A model generated the notes under the pieces. The model did no database searches, was not told the DNA's origin, and saw nothing but the letters and a program-made list of their open reading frames with translations. From Tubiluchus corallicola (taxonomy: Eukaryota > Animalia > Priapulida), in contig JAQGDQ010000999.1 of assembly GCA_030141605.1 (NCBI GenBank), positions 1 to 64,000 on the forward strand: a stretch of 64,000 nucleotides of DNA, given 5' to 3'. The translations under genes were made by a program, and so were the position numbers. Shown here in pieces: positions 26,401-36,831 of this stretch. Positions within the stretch are counted from its first letter, which is position 1. Each line of letters starts with the position of its first letter.

Positions 26401-27599
26401 TGGTTTCATGCATAATTTAAAATACCCAACTATCAAGGATACATGATACCTAATTGTCTCAAAAATGCCTAAGTACTGTCCGCTCCTATGCAAAAGTATA
26501 TAAAAACTGTATGCAATTGACTCAAATAACTCCGCACAATTGATTCTATATTTTTATACATAGAGATATACACGTGGTTACACTGATGTACGTGATGTAA
26601 ACAAAGTGACGACCTGCCACCCAGCGGTCAGCTTGTGAAATAATGTACTGGGTCCGTAAAAATTTTCTCAACGAATTTACGCAATTTATAAAAATGGCAC
26701 TACTGGTCTTCCAAAAACTCGGAATTCCGCGTATCCGCGGAAAATTCTCATCCCTGGTACAAATACACTCGAAATTTATCAAACGCAAGAACAAGACCAA
26801 GTACTTGTTATCAAGCACAAGTACATTTTCATTAAATAAACAACTTATTCAAAACATAATTATACAAATTTGTCATTGCACTTAACATACATGCCTGCAA
26901 TGTTGAAAGCTCTTTCTACTGCTTAAGGGACAGCCTGAATTGATAAGTTATTACAAGCCAACTTTGCCAGTACAGTATGTGAAAGGAGTTTTTTTATGTT
27001 GTTGCCAAAATTTTAGTGGATCACTCCCTTCCTCTGTACATGATCGACCTAAATATTTGCTGACGTCCAGCAAAACTGATGGTCCATCAACAGTTGGAAC
27101 ACTTGACTGGAGCTACTGATATTTTAACTCCAAATACTTCACAATCAAGTATAGGTGCTTTGTTTTTAATAAAAGTTGCAAATACTTAGAAAACAGTACT
27201 TAAGTCGTACAAGTACATTACTTGAACCAAGCCTCCTTCCGAGCCAATGCCATTTAATTAGGCCTAACCGAAGTGAACATAAGTACAGCAAATTTCAGAA
27301 AAATTTGCGAAAATAACTTTCAAAAAGATTTAAATCATTTAACGGCAACTCACTTAGCAGAATGTTTGCTGCAATTTATATTACCATCGTTAAATTAGAT
27401 TTAATACTCACTGCTATACACTTAAAATTAACTGCTCAAATCAGTAAACATTCGTTTCAAAAAGTGATTGATATTATTTATTAATATATAAATGCTAAAA
27501 AATAAAACTACAAACAAACTTCATTAAATTGCAAGCAAAATAAAGAATGTAATCTTAAATAGTGAATATATACTTTTGGAATAACACTTAGCTTACCAT
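17..27599 (-). CDS. PFK: ATP-dependent 6-phosphofructokinase (eukaryotic tandem PfkA type), spliced gene span; 3' exons lie beyond the left edge
   Basis: Phase-consistent GT-AG exons translate to PFK motifs [80 protein letters not shown] and second-half [14 protein letters not shown]. Confidence 0.97.
153..223 (-). CDS. PFK: PFK alternative exon 14a ([25 protein letters not shown])
   Basis: CATTTCAG acceptor, GTAAGT donor, 71 nt; aligns to the W..V.GW..GGS.LGTKR segment. Confidence 0.85.
385..860. mobile_element. hAT-type MITE, family A
   Basis: TIR CAGGGGTGTGCAAATT; 8-bp TSD CTTTAAAT; copies at 33802 and 50173. Confidence 0.93.
891..1400. repeat. 23-bp minisatellite, about 22 copies
   Basis: Unit (C/T)TTTCTCCCTAAGCA(C/G)TTGTCCA. 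Confidence 0.97.
4453..4599 (-). CDS. PFK: PFK exon 13 ([26 protein letters not shown]...GLVAGN), start of regulatory half
   Basis: GTGCAG acceptor, GTAAGT donor, [13 protein letters not shown] motif. Confidence 0.96.
4708..5206. mobile_element. hAT-type MITE, family B
   Basis: TIR CAGGGATGA(G/A)AAT; homologous copies at ~10270, 13062 and 26256. Confidence 0.88.
5635..5670 (-). CDS. PFK: Candidate PFK cassette microexon ([12 protein letters not shown])
   Basis: Pyrimidine tract TGTTTTATTTTTTGCTTAAG, 36 nt open in phase 0, GTAATT donor; no homology support. Confidence 0.45.
5787..5877 (-). CDS. PFK: PFK exon 12 ([30 protein letters not shown]), inter-half linker
   Basis: ATGTAG acceptor, GTAAGT donor, phase 2 to 0, RGxSF.NN motif across the junction. 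Confidence 0.92.
6130..6718. mobile_element. Tc1/mariner (pogo/Tc2-like) MITE
   Basis: TIR CCGTATTTATTCGAGTA(T/G)AACGCGCA flanked by TA. Confidence 0.88.
6830..6894 (-). CDS. PFK: PFK exon 11 ([22 protein letters not shown])
   Basis: ATTTAG acceptor, GTACGT donor, phase 0 to 2. Confidence 0.95.
7036..7670. repeat. Compound (TG)n microsatellite with four interspersed ACAGG(C/T)ATCTGTAGAGAGATTTGAA units
   Basis: Seen directly; source of the HT/CV-rich spurious ORFs. Confidence 0.95.
8304..8429 (-). CDS. PFK: PFK exon 10 ([42 protein letters not shown])
   Basis: CTCCAG acceptor, GTGAGT donor, 126 nt. Confidence 0.96.
9773..9865 (-). CDS. PFK: PFK exon 9 ([31 protein letters not shown])
   Basis: ATTTAG acceptor, GTAACT donor, GHVQRGG motif. 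Confidence 0.96.
10268..10685. mobile_element. hAT-type MITE, family B, 5' end missing
   Basis: Near-identical to 4790-5206. Confidence 0.85.
11140..11404 (+). mobile_element. Non-LTR 3'-end fragment with (TAT)n tail; inverted copy at 31708-31970
   Basis: Two homologous copies; AATAAA plus microsatellite tail; AAGGGCAGC/GCTGCCCTT stem. Confidence 0.7.
11588..11683 (-). CDS. PFK: PFK exon 8 ([32 protein letters not shown])
   Basis: TTATAG acceptor, GTAAGT donor, 96 nt. Confidence 0.96.
11804..12335. mobile_element. Kolobok-like non-autonomous element
   Basis: TTAA TSD, AGGAA(T/A)ACCGGATGATTG TIR; inverted copy at 52418-52966. Confidence 0.8.
13062..13404. mobile_element. hAT-type MITE, family B, internally deleted
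   Basis: 8-bp TSD GGTGCACA. Confidence 0.88.
13651..13804 (-). CDS. PFK: PFK exon 7 ([20 protein letters not shown]...LCSRLAQ)
   Basis: TTTTAG acceptor, GTAGAT donor, MGR motif. Confidence 0.97.
14832..15558 (+). mobile_element. Decayed Tc1/mariner element with transposase C-terminal remnant (~15140-15349)
   Basis: LNPL..., [23 protein letters not shown] and [18 protein letters not shown] resemble maT/mariner transposase ends. Confidence 0.65.
16171..16620 (-). mobile_element. Decayed LINE 3' end with (TTAC)n tail
   Basis: (GTAA)n followed by TTTATTT on the plus strand, a typical non-LTR tail. Confidence 0.5.
16948..17490. repeat. ~137-bp tandem repeat, 4 copies, each with a hairpin
   Basis: ATTATTACATC at 16948, 17085 and onward; GGTGAGTGT...ACACTCACC stem. 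Confidence 0.93.
17906..18284. mobile_element. hAT (Charlie-like) MITE, family C
   Basis: TIR CAGTGGTTCCCAAA; 8-bp TSD CCTTACAT. Confidence 0.92.
18517..18600 (+). mobile_element. tRNA-derived SINE head; similar heads at ~51114, 51348, 55451 and 60385
   Basis: TAGCTCAGTGGTAG A box and GTTCAAATACC B-box-like sequence without an intact cloverleaf. Confidence 0.55.
18672..19005. mobile_element. Tc1/mariner MITE
   Basis: TIR CAGTC..CCCTCGTTAAAC.GGAC flanked by TA. Confidence 0.85.
20126..20198 (-). pseudogene. Decayed or poison duplicate of PFK exon 6 (retains [10 protein letters not shown])
   Basis: 27/30 nt match to exon 6, all three differences synonymous; TTTTAG|GT TGT GTC ACT GTC GAG (GCVTVE vs GKITQE) at the start. 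Confidence 0.7.
20562..21022. mobile_element. piggyBac-type MITE
   Basis: TTAA|CCCTTTCA...TGAAAGGG|TTAA; internal TCCCACGGGATACA motif present twice. Confidence 0.85.
21038..21203 (-). CDS. PFK: PFK exon 6 (GKITQEQ...[35 protein letters not shown])
   Basis: ATGCAG acceptor, GTAGGT donor, catalytic SIDND motif. Confidence 0.97.
21867..21880. promoter_or_regulatory. X-box-like (RFX) palindrome in PFK intron 5
   Basis: GTTGCTATGGTAAC fits GTHNYY-AT-RRNAAC. Confidence 0.3.
21965..22154 (-). CDS. PFK: PFK exon 5 ([10 protein letters not shown]...[18 protein letters not shown]...SQG)
   Basis: TTTTAG acceptor, GTGAGA donor, GGDGS ATP-binding motif. Confidence 0.97.
22259..22370 (-). pseudogene. 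Decayed duplicate of PFK exon 5
   Basis: Translates VIGS..GEFEDSE*GLKSEF..VTHL..(frameshift)GGD versus exon 5 IIGS...[14 protein letters not shown]...ITNL...GGD. Confidence 0.45.
23468..23539 (-). CDS. PFK: PFK exon 4 ([24 protein letters not shown])
   Basis: TTTTAG acceptor, GTACGT donor, 72 nt. Confidence 0.95.
23720..23793 (-). CDS. PFK: PFK exon 3 ([25 protein letters not shown])
   Basis: TTACAG acceptor, GTAACT donor, phase 1 to 0. Confidence 0.96.
24143..24427. repeat. Two-copy tandem duplication
   Basis: TATACTAGAAGTG...TTTCAGAAAAATCGT twice. Confidence 0.9.
24653..24845 (-). CDS. PFK: PFK exon 2 ([12 protein letters not shown]...[15 protein letters not shown])
   Basis: TTTTTAATAG acceptor, G|GTATGC donor, TSGGD motif. 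Confidence 0.93.
26256..26756. mobile_element. hAT-type MITE, family B
   Basis: TIRs; 8-bp TSD GTACAAAT. Confidence 0.92.
27597..27599 (-). CDS. PFK: PFK exon 1 coding part (start codon only)
   Basis: Minus strand AGAATG|GTAAGC; ATG spliced to the acceptor at 24845 gives in-frame [10 protein letters not shown]. Confidence 0.6.
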
Positions 27600-28039
27600 T
27601 CTAAAACTTCCGTAAGACTAATCGTCCTATGAAGTTCAAAATGTCATGAAAAAGTCACACAACTTTTTCCTGAACGCCATTTGTGGCACTACAGTGATGC
27701 TTTAGCGAATAATTTAAAGGGCATATCCTCGTCATCTTCCACTTTGAACGAAAACTCTTCCTGTACACACACTACCTCTTTCACAAAGCCAAGAGTAACA
27801 GGCCGCTTTACGGAGAGTTACCGCAGGTGCCATAGATATGGATAGTACTAGACATTCTTAACACTAAGCAGTTAAGCACATACAGTGTCAGTCAGTATGT
27901 CAAATAATCATTTTACTTTGTTCCTTGTAGTGGCAAATGAATTTTAAACATGATTAATGTAAAGTCATAAAATTGGTAACCAAATTTGCAGTTAATCACC
28001 GTATGTCATGACACGTATAAGCAGCCTCAGATCAATTGA

Positions 28040-28660
28040 TTATGTCAGCATATGAGAAAAAAGATCTTGGTATTACTTGTGGGCAACAAGTTTCAATTTA
28101 CAAATCACATTCATAATTGTAATCGAAGAATGGCACACAGCCAGATAACTTCAGATATTTAGACACTGATATGTTAATCAATCTTTACAAATCGATGGCA
28201 AGGCCTGTCCTAGACTATGCTGACATGTTTAGAACCCATTAAGACATGACATGATTCGTGAGCTTAAAAGCACTCAGCGTTGAGCAACTAGAATGATACC
28301 AGATATTGCTGATTGAAAGGCCATTATGCTGAAAGATTACAACACTTAGTTAGGAGTTACAAACTTAAATACATAAGATGCAAGCAAGATATGATCCAGA
28401 CATTTGGAACCTACATGGGTATTGACTGGATGGTAACAAAATATTTGTATTTCAGATACATCATGGGTATTCACTTAAAGTCAACAAGAAAACTGTTCCA
28501 GAATGGGGAAGAACACAAAATATGTTTGCAGCTCGTGTTGTAAATGCCTGGAAAAACTTCCTGAGTATGTGGTGAGTGCTTCTTCAGTTTCTCAATTTAA
28601 AGCTCAATTAGATCGACTCTATTCCACTCATACCGAGAGTTATTATATTGATTTTAGAAT
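28040..28660 (+). mobile_element. Decayed CR1/L2-like LINE RT C-terminal fragment
   Basis: LYKSMARPVLDYA, TQR*ATRMIP, YAERLQHL and LPEYVVSASSVSQFKAQLDR in shifting frames. Confidence 0.8.
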
Positions 28661-30379
28661 TCTGCAGTGGCATCAAGACGCTTGGACTTTTGAGGGAACC
28701 TGAAGCTATAAATGGTACGAAGAACACACAGATACTATCGTCCATATTGTACCGTTAGTGCCACCACGACTAGAATGCTCAACATAAATAAAGCATCCAG
28801 AGAAAACTGGAGCTGTAAAAAGAGATCATTTATGTGTAAACCCTATCCACGCTGTAAGCTATAAGCTGCAATGATATCTCACTTTCTCTTTGAGGCCTCA
28901 TTCCATGCGTTGTAGACATTGAGGTATTAACATATATTAGAGCACACCACCTACTCTTATCTGCAGCTAACAGTGTAAGTTCTTCTATTCCTAAAGTTAG
29001 ATTTGGCTGAAGTTGTTGAACATCTCATTTATCTTAGTTATCTCGGTTGTTTTTGGTTTGCTATGTGTTTTTTGCAGGAGTTTTAAGGCTTTGTTTAAGG
29101 TACTTCACCTGGCAATCTTGGACGTTGTCCTAGCCATTTTAATCTTTACTTTTGAACTCCAATGAATTTTTTCTGTTCTAGTGTACAAATCTTCATTTTT
29201 TATTATGTATGCCATCTTATCTTCAAAACTTTCCTTGGAAGACTTCTATGAAATGTGTTAATTAGCTTTTCTTGAATGATTGTTAAACTCCATGTTTCAC
29301 TGTTGTGCAATGCTGTTAATGTAAGCATTAACTAGTGGACGTTTTTGACTGTGTCAAAAATTGTGGTAAGATTCTGCTTCTGTGACAGGAGATGCTATTA
29401 ATGGTAGCTTTTGTTTTGTATTAAATTTTACAAATAAAAATTAATTTTAAAATAACTAATTGTATGTAGCTCGATTAACAGCTTGTCACTTTTTGACCAG
29501 TCACCTGTGGATGAAGACTCAAAAAATACAGGAAAAATACACCATTCAATTAAACTCATCAAGACCTTTCATATGATGCACTATAACCTACTGTTGCTCG
29601 ACATAGAAAGCATTTGTATCACAGTCGTGTAATTTCACTTTTTGTCTTCTAGTGGAGTCAATGGTTGACCAGGTTAGGATTAGGTAATACCATTCAATTC
29701 GTCTCATCAAGACCTTTCATTTGATGTACTAGAGCCTGTTGCTGGTAAAAAATGAAAAGCATTTGTTTGCATGATCCTCATTTTGGTTTACCCCCCCCCC
29801 CCCCGAATCTGGGCGCAAGTCATACCATTACATTCTGCTTATCAAGACCTTTGATTTGACATACTACTGTGACTTGAGACTGGAAGCATTGGTCTCCCAA
29901 TGCCCGATTTCGGTTTTTGTCCCTTAGCGGGGTGAGGGGTCAATCAAATTGAACGAAACTTATACCATTCTATTTGTTGCTTCAAGACCTTTCATTTGGT
30001 ATATTACACGTTACTATTGCTCGACACTGAAAGCACCGATATTCCTGATCCCCTTGATTTTGTTTTTTCCCTGTACCGAAAAGTTTTCCTATACCAAAAT
30101 GTATGGCTCATGTTCAACCATGCACAACAACCTGATGCCCCCTCGCAACATACCAAATATTGTAGCTCTAGCTCAAAATCTGTAGGACTGAGGAGATCCA
30201 GCCTAACGAAAAACCAATAAGCCATGCCTGCTCTATGATCTCTAACCCAGGGTAATGGGTCATGTAAGAATATAAATCCCCCAGCCTGGGAAGTGTGCCT
30301 CGTGAGTTTTGTGAACCTATTCCTGTGCATGTTTGAGTTATTAAAAAACAAAAAGGGTGAAATCATGGTGAAATCAAGA

Positions 30380-30700
30380 ATGTCCTTGAATAATCGATGT
30401 CTTATGTTAAGGCTTAGTTTCTTGCTGTTTAGTGCATTCTTGTGTTGAGGAAAAGCATGCTTTGCTTGTTGCTTTCTATTTTTGATATTATCTTTGGTGT
30501 TTAGAAGAGTGTCCAAATACTTGTACTTTTTTCAAGACTGATTACCATCTCTTGCAATGATAATTCTTTTGTTTTTGACTGGTTTACTTGAAGATTTCTT
30601 TTTCTCAAGTTTTTTTTAAAAATCACTTTTTCATTTGTTAGTTTCAACATTTGATCAGCATATCATATAATCCATCCTTTGTCATCAGCATATTGTTCAG
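30380..30700 (-). mobile_element. Decayed LINE reverse transcriptase fragment
   Basis: QYADD (30695-30681), then NLQVNQSKT...YKYLDTLLNTKDNIKNRK...AF...KLSLNIRHRLF. Confidence 0.72.
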
Positions 30701-30789
30701 CATATCTATATCCAAGATGTTTTGACTGCCTTTGAGTCAATGGAGAGTGTAAAGATATTTCATATTGCCATATTTGTTGCACGTGCGCT

Positions 30790-30854
30790 TAATTTTAAGC
30801 CAGCTCGACGAGGCGTAGAAAGTGGATAAATGAATTATAGTGAAATAAAAGAAT
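30790..30854 (+). other. Possible non-coding first exon or promoter of the PsuG-PsuK gene
   Basis: Local CpG-containing stretch followed by a perfect GTAAGT donor at 30855; 5' boundary is a guess. Confidence 0.3.
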
Positions 30855-32575
30855 GTAAGTTATTTAAATAAAGCTATGCTCGGTACTGAATTGGTATATA
30901 ATAAAAAAGTTTGATGTGTTTTTCTTAATTAGTTTCTGATATGAGAAAGATGTAGACCTACTGATGTGCTAAGAACCTTACTTGGTTTTACTTAGTTTTT
31001 GTTTTACTTTAGTTTTAATAGGCCTAATTTCTACTAGGTACAGTGTTAATATTGTAAGGTGTAACTCTATCTACGTAGCTTAAAAGTCACGTTCGCTCTA
31101 AACTTTGTAGCATTTATCTCTAAGAACTCTCACAAATAAAAAATCTTAATTATTTTTTAATTTATTGACGTTATTAAATGAAAAGACAAGCTGTCGGATG
31201 CCATGTAAGGCAGTAGGCCATATAATGCACTGTGTGGTACATGTGCTAGCGGTGGTTAGTCCCGCCTGCGGTAGATGGGCTGGCTGGGCCATATAGCACA
31301 CCCGGTACAAGCCGGAAACCTTTTACTTGTGAAGACGCTGATAAAAAAGATTTTGATTTTTGTGTGATAATTAAAGACTCTTATTCTTTTATAGAAAGCA
31401 CTGAACGTTTAAACAGTTGCACATTTTTACAGCTTCAACGTTTTGTCAGTGTTAAAGTCACATCACTGTATGCTGTGCCAAAATAAAAAAGAGGAGCAAA
31501 TGAACTTTTATGCAGAGCAGTGATCTGTTTTTGTTTTTTGTTTAATTGCTTTAAGTTAGTGTAATCATTTGTGGTGTGCGTATGCTAACCTCAGGTACGT
31601 TTCAAAATTATAATTTATGCCAATTGTCGTAATGCCCTGTCTCCCTGCACAGCCTTTAGATGGGAGTGTATTGTAGAGAGCATGTAATGTGTATTAAAAA
31701 AACCGGTAATAATAATAATAATAATAATCTTTTATTTATCTTTTAACACATGCACAGTTACAATACAATTAATTTGGAAACAAAAATGTGAAGAAAGGGC
31801 AGCGAAAGACCAATTGGTTATCTGGGCAGCTGCCCTTTGGTTACTGATGAATATTTTTATAAGCGCTATGCTACAGTGTATTAGTGTTAGTACTGCTTAT
31901 AATAAAAATTTAATTGTTACGAATGACATTAAATTGATATGCTTATAACGTGTTAATGCAATTCATACACAGGCAAACACACAAAATAGCAGTCAATTCT
32001 GGTTGGTTGTTCAAAACCTAAAATAAATTCAAAGGATGCGATGGTGTTAAAAAATGCATTTGCTGTGTCCTACAGACAAAATTTAACTCCCCCGTGACCG
32101 TTCTGTAATGACGTGGTTCCTGATGCGTTAGCACACCATTATTGGCAACACACGTGATGAGTCAAACCTCCTTATGCCGTCCACTTTATACAGAAAGTGC
32201 AAAAAAGTTTGTTGACGTAACGTTACAACTAGTTTGGCCTTGCGTATTTATACTGTAGGCAAAGTTCCTGTTAATTGTTCCATCATGTTTACTCTTATTT
32301 TGAGGCATTTACGTATTAAATAGAGTGAATGAACTATAATTTTCTTCAACTTTATCTATTAATTTATTGGATTTTTCTCATACTGCCTCTCCATAGAATT
32401 AGACTAGTAAGTTAGTTTTCTTTTTGACGTATTTAGTCTAAATAATGAGCCACTTCACAGTCACTATCAAAATGATAAGATTAGATTGTTTGATTATGAG
32501 TCACACTGCAGACTGTTGCAGCGTCCTTTAGCGGTATCAAGTAACAAACTATCGTGGATGAGCCCTGGTCAAAAG

Positions 32576-32642
32576 CAAGGCAGACAGTACGGTACGGTAT
32601 GGTATTGTACTTTTTTCATACCGTATCGTACCACCAGCCTTG
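32576..32642. mobile_element. Very small hAT-type element (67 bp)
   Basis: CAAGGC...GCCTTG termini with inverted GTACGGTA repeats; 8-bp TSD GTCAAAAG. Confidence 0.7.
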
Positions 32643-33320
32643 GTCAAAAGTGATCCTTTAAAAGTGATACTTTATGCATGGCTGAAGCAGCTATATAAAA
32701 CGTGATATGATGGCATAGAAAATCACCATTTAGAAAAAAATTTGTCTGGCTTTGATGAAGTCTGTTGGTGGTAATTCCCTATCGAACATTTAATAACTGG
32801 CCTGATGAATGATGAGGGGTCTTATAATGTGTTTATTTGAATTCACATACATTTGAGTACAGCCGTTTTTTCCTGGCCATTTTACGGGCAGTAAACTGGG
32901 GGTGGTATAACGTGACCGCCATTGACAGTGTTCAAACAACTTGGTAAAATACTTGTTTAATTTTCTTCAGTATATTTTAATTCAGCTGTGAACTCGTTAA
33001 ACTTATTTACAGTTATCACATAAATATTCATGTAATCTAAATGAAAGCAGGAAAGTTTCTGTGAAGTACTCGTTGTTCTACCAGACAAAAAGTGGGGAGC
33101 AAAAACGATAATTTACGGGGCGAGTCTCGATATGAAGCCAAGTATTTCAAGCCCTGCTGTCCGGCGCACTTCCAGCTTTGATGTCACTCATTGACTGAAG
33201 AAACGTTGTGCATTGTCAATTTCCATCAAAAATAAAAGTTTTTACAAAAAAAATTGTTACATTTTTGCATGAACTATAAGCTGCAAAAATTTGAATTAGT
33301 TCGAGTGAACTAATGGGAAG

Positions 33321-35198
33321 CCATAATGCCTTACAAAAAGTCCACTAGTTACATCACTTTTTTCAAATGAATGACTGCTTCTACTGCACCTGAAAATGTT
33401 TATGTTTATATAATGTTTATGTTTAATAAACATAAACATTTAATGATTAATGTTTATATAAAACAAAGCAAAGAAATTTAATACAAAAATTGCCTACATT
33501 TTTGCAAATTTCTTTGCTTTATTTTTCTACTTTAAGTGATAACAGTAAAATAAACTCAACATGCTAAATGACATGTCCTTTCCTTTAAGCTTAGTTTTGT
33601 CTCATCTGAATTACGGATGATATTTTTCTATTTATTCAGGATATAACAACGTATAAATGTCTGATTCCGATGTGAAATTTTCTTCACTTCCCACATGCTG
33701 TTATTTATCATAGCTACAGTTATTGTAATCTACCTAGTATCCACTATAGAAAGTAATAATTTGTTAGCGTGTCAGAAGACAATGTTCATAATGTTTTAAC
33801 TCAGGGGTGTGCAAATTATTTGACTAGCCTGGCCACATTAAACTTTCCCGCAATTCCTGCGGGCCACAGGCAGTTTGATCAAGGAGCCAAGCACAGAAAG
33901 GCCTAATAACGATTTTTTTTTGCATCCGACCCGCGTACATCATTACTACTACACTCAGAGAAACTATTTTAGAAGTTATTAAAATTTATATTACAAACCA
34001 TATATTTCTACTTTCAGGACAGATAGTGGTAATTTCATTACAATGCATATTAGTAATGTGTATCACACAGTCTGTGTAGTGCAGTGACATTAAGCTACAA
34101 CCGCCTTGTAAGGGTTAATGGCATCCGATCTAGTAGAAAAAACTACCCGCACTATCTTTGGGATCGTGGCAGGGACTTCAGCTGGATACACTCAATTAAT
34201 CGCTCGGGCCGCACTTTCATTAGGCTGACAAATCTCTTCGCGGGCCGCAATTTGCACACCCCTGCCATAATGCCTTGCAAAAAGTCCACTAGTTACATCA
34301 TTTTTTCAAATGAATCACTGCCACTACCGCACCTGAAAATTGCTTTACATTCATGTTTATATAAAACAAAGCAAAGAAATTTAATACAAAAATTGCCTAC
34401 ATTTTTGCTAATTTCTTTACTTTATTTTTCTATTTTAAGTAATAACAGTAAAATAAACTCAACATGCTAAATGACATGTCCTTTCCTTTAAGCTTAGTTT
34501 TGCCTCATCTGAATTACGGATGATATTTTTCTATTTATTCGGGATATAACAACGTATTAGTGTCTGATTCCCATGTGAAATTTTCTTCACTTCCCACATG
34601 CTGTTATTTATCATAGCTATGGTAACATAGAAGCATGAAGTCACTAGGCATAGTTACACAACGCGTTTGCACAGCGTGCCATGTGCCACAAGTAATTATA
34701 CCTGCACAAGTACTAAAGCTAACTAATACAGCGGTCAATGATGAAAGTTCATTACCTGGATTAGGCCTATTATTATGTAAGCTTTGTTAGGTCTAACGTC
34801 TCAAACCGCAAACAGATTGCAACAAGATGCTATAATGTATATCCTTTATGCAACTGGATAATAGCACCCAGTGTAGACGAAAGAAGCGAAAAAGTGAGGA
34901 GATTTTTAGCTGCCTTGTTTTGTTACAAAACCACAGTGGGTCTTTACTGCCGCCCGAAGTAGTTTATTGACTTCCAAACCACGCTGGACATTGTTAGATC
35001 ATGTTATTCTAACACCAATTTAGTACTTTAATTCGGAATTTGCAAGTCATTTATGCATTCGCCGGGCGTTACAATTGATTCATAGTTCACAAACGGTCTA
35101 TAATTTGATTTCAGTGACAAATCTACCTAGTATCCACTATAGAATCAAAGTCGTAACTTTTTAGCATGTCAGAAGACAATGTTCATAATGTTTTAACT
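33321..35198. repeat. Direct duplication (33321-33801 and 34265-35198) separated by a MITE
   Basis: Both copies begin CCATAATGCCTT and end AATGTTTTAACT. Confidence 0.9.
33802..34264. mobile_element. hAT-type MITE, family A, at a duplication junction
   Basis: Same TIRs and body (inverted relative to 385-860); flanks TTTTAACT and CCATAATG differ. Confidence 0.92.
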
Positions 35199-36737
35199 AC
35201 TTAGATTAAAATTAAGGCAAGTGTTTATATGCTATGAAATGTTTGTTAAAGTTAAACTTCCTTATCTTATCACATCGCCAACACTTTGGGCAAATCAGCG
35301 TTGTCGCTTATTGTACCGAGTACGCGATTGTAGTATTATGTGATCCATTTAATTGTCAGTCTACTACACTAAGGTACTGAATTAGTCTATGCTGCCATCT
35401 ACAGTCGTTGTTTTACTCTAATTGTACAAAGTTTGTCAGAGATTGATTTTTGTTTCTAAATATTATTTCCTTTTGCTTTTATAGATATTCATTAATCAGA
35501 GTAATTAGATTGTTAATTTCATGCTTTAATTTTGGTTCTAACTCTCTTATTCAAGTTAAAATAGAGAAAAATTATAACATTACAACAAAGCTTTCTGTGA
35601 ACAAATAATCTTTATTCTGCTATCAAAGAAGCCAAGTAGACTTTGATTTTGGTTTAACTAGTAGTCTGTAGAGTATAGGTGACCTTTCCATTTATGGTCT
35701 GTATGCATGAATGTGATGTACCTTCCAATAGGAACTTGTATGTCTGGTCATGTGATTACAGCTTTATTCTCTCAGGCATGCAAGTTTCAGTTGATCTAGA
35801 GACAGCATTGAGAAAGGATGCAAATTTTCTACTGTTAAATAGCATATTGCTAACTTTATGACTGTTTGTTCAATTTTGTGATTGAGGTGAACATTGTATA
35901 AGTTTTACAACAAATTGATTGCAAATTTCTACAAGCACGATACAGAATAATTGTCTTTGTTTCACAAACCAACCATTCAGTACAAATTTACCTTTATAAA
36001 TTATGCTTCATTATTATTGTAAATCAGAATTTTAGCACAGACTGTGCAGAAGAAATTTTGATAGTCAAACGTTATTGTGGGATTTTTGTTTGTTATACTG
36101 GTGATTAATGGCACCAGTGTTACTCTATACTGTTAGTGACTACTTTCTTGTTGGTAAATTCAAATACTTTTTTTTTAAGTTCTATAAGTTTATTTATTTC
36201 CACTCTGCATCTAACAATTATAATAAAAATACAGATAATTTCACTGAAGTAAATATAAATGCAGTATTATCCAGAAATTACAAAATGCAGCATATACACG
36301 TGCAAGTTACATTACAGAATAATTTTGATGCATACAGTTTGAGCCTAAAAGCATAGCTTGACAGGCCAAACTGTACGTGGATTTAGTCTTACTGATACTG
36401 ATACCTATACTGATACTACTTCCTATCAAATTCATGCAGTTTTTGTATTGTTCTCTTATATTCATACTTCAGAGTTGAATCAGTTATACCAATGAACTGT
36501 GTATGTGGTTTTTTCTAGTTTTCCTGTCTCCATTCCTTCTGTCTCTTATATGACTGGCTGCCCTAGCATTTTCTAAGAATGCAGTTGCTAGATGCAAGCC
36601 ACCCCTGACTCCTCTTTTTGATATATCATAATTGCAGTAGGCAACATTGTTGAGCATCCTGGTTCACGTTGAACTCTCTGTTACCATTAATCTTCTTCGT
36701 TATTGTTTTTTTCTAGAATGATGCCGTTTTAACAGAA

Positions 36738-36831
36738 ATGACACCGTTGCACTCGCTTCTTTGCAAGGTTTTTTCAAGTGCCGCTCACAAATGCACAAAT
36801 CATTTATGGAAAACCTATTCTACTGTGGAAG
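36738..36831 (+). CDS. PsuG-PsuK probable first coding exon ([31 protein letters not shown]); exon acceptor at 36716/36717
   Basis: TTTTTTTCTAG acceptor; G|GTAGGT phase-1 donor matches the phase of the 40215 exon. Confidence 0.7.

Noticed and set aside
30004-30516. 170-aa ORF as a host gene
   Set aside because: The N-terminal part is a decayed LINE RT fragment running into unrelated repeat sequence
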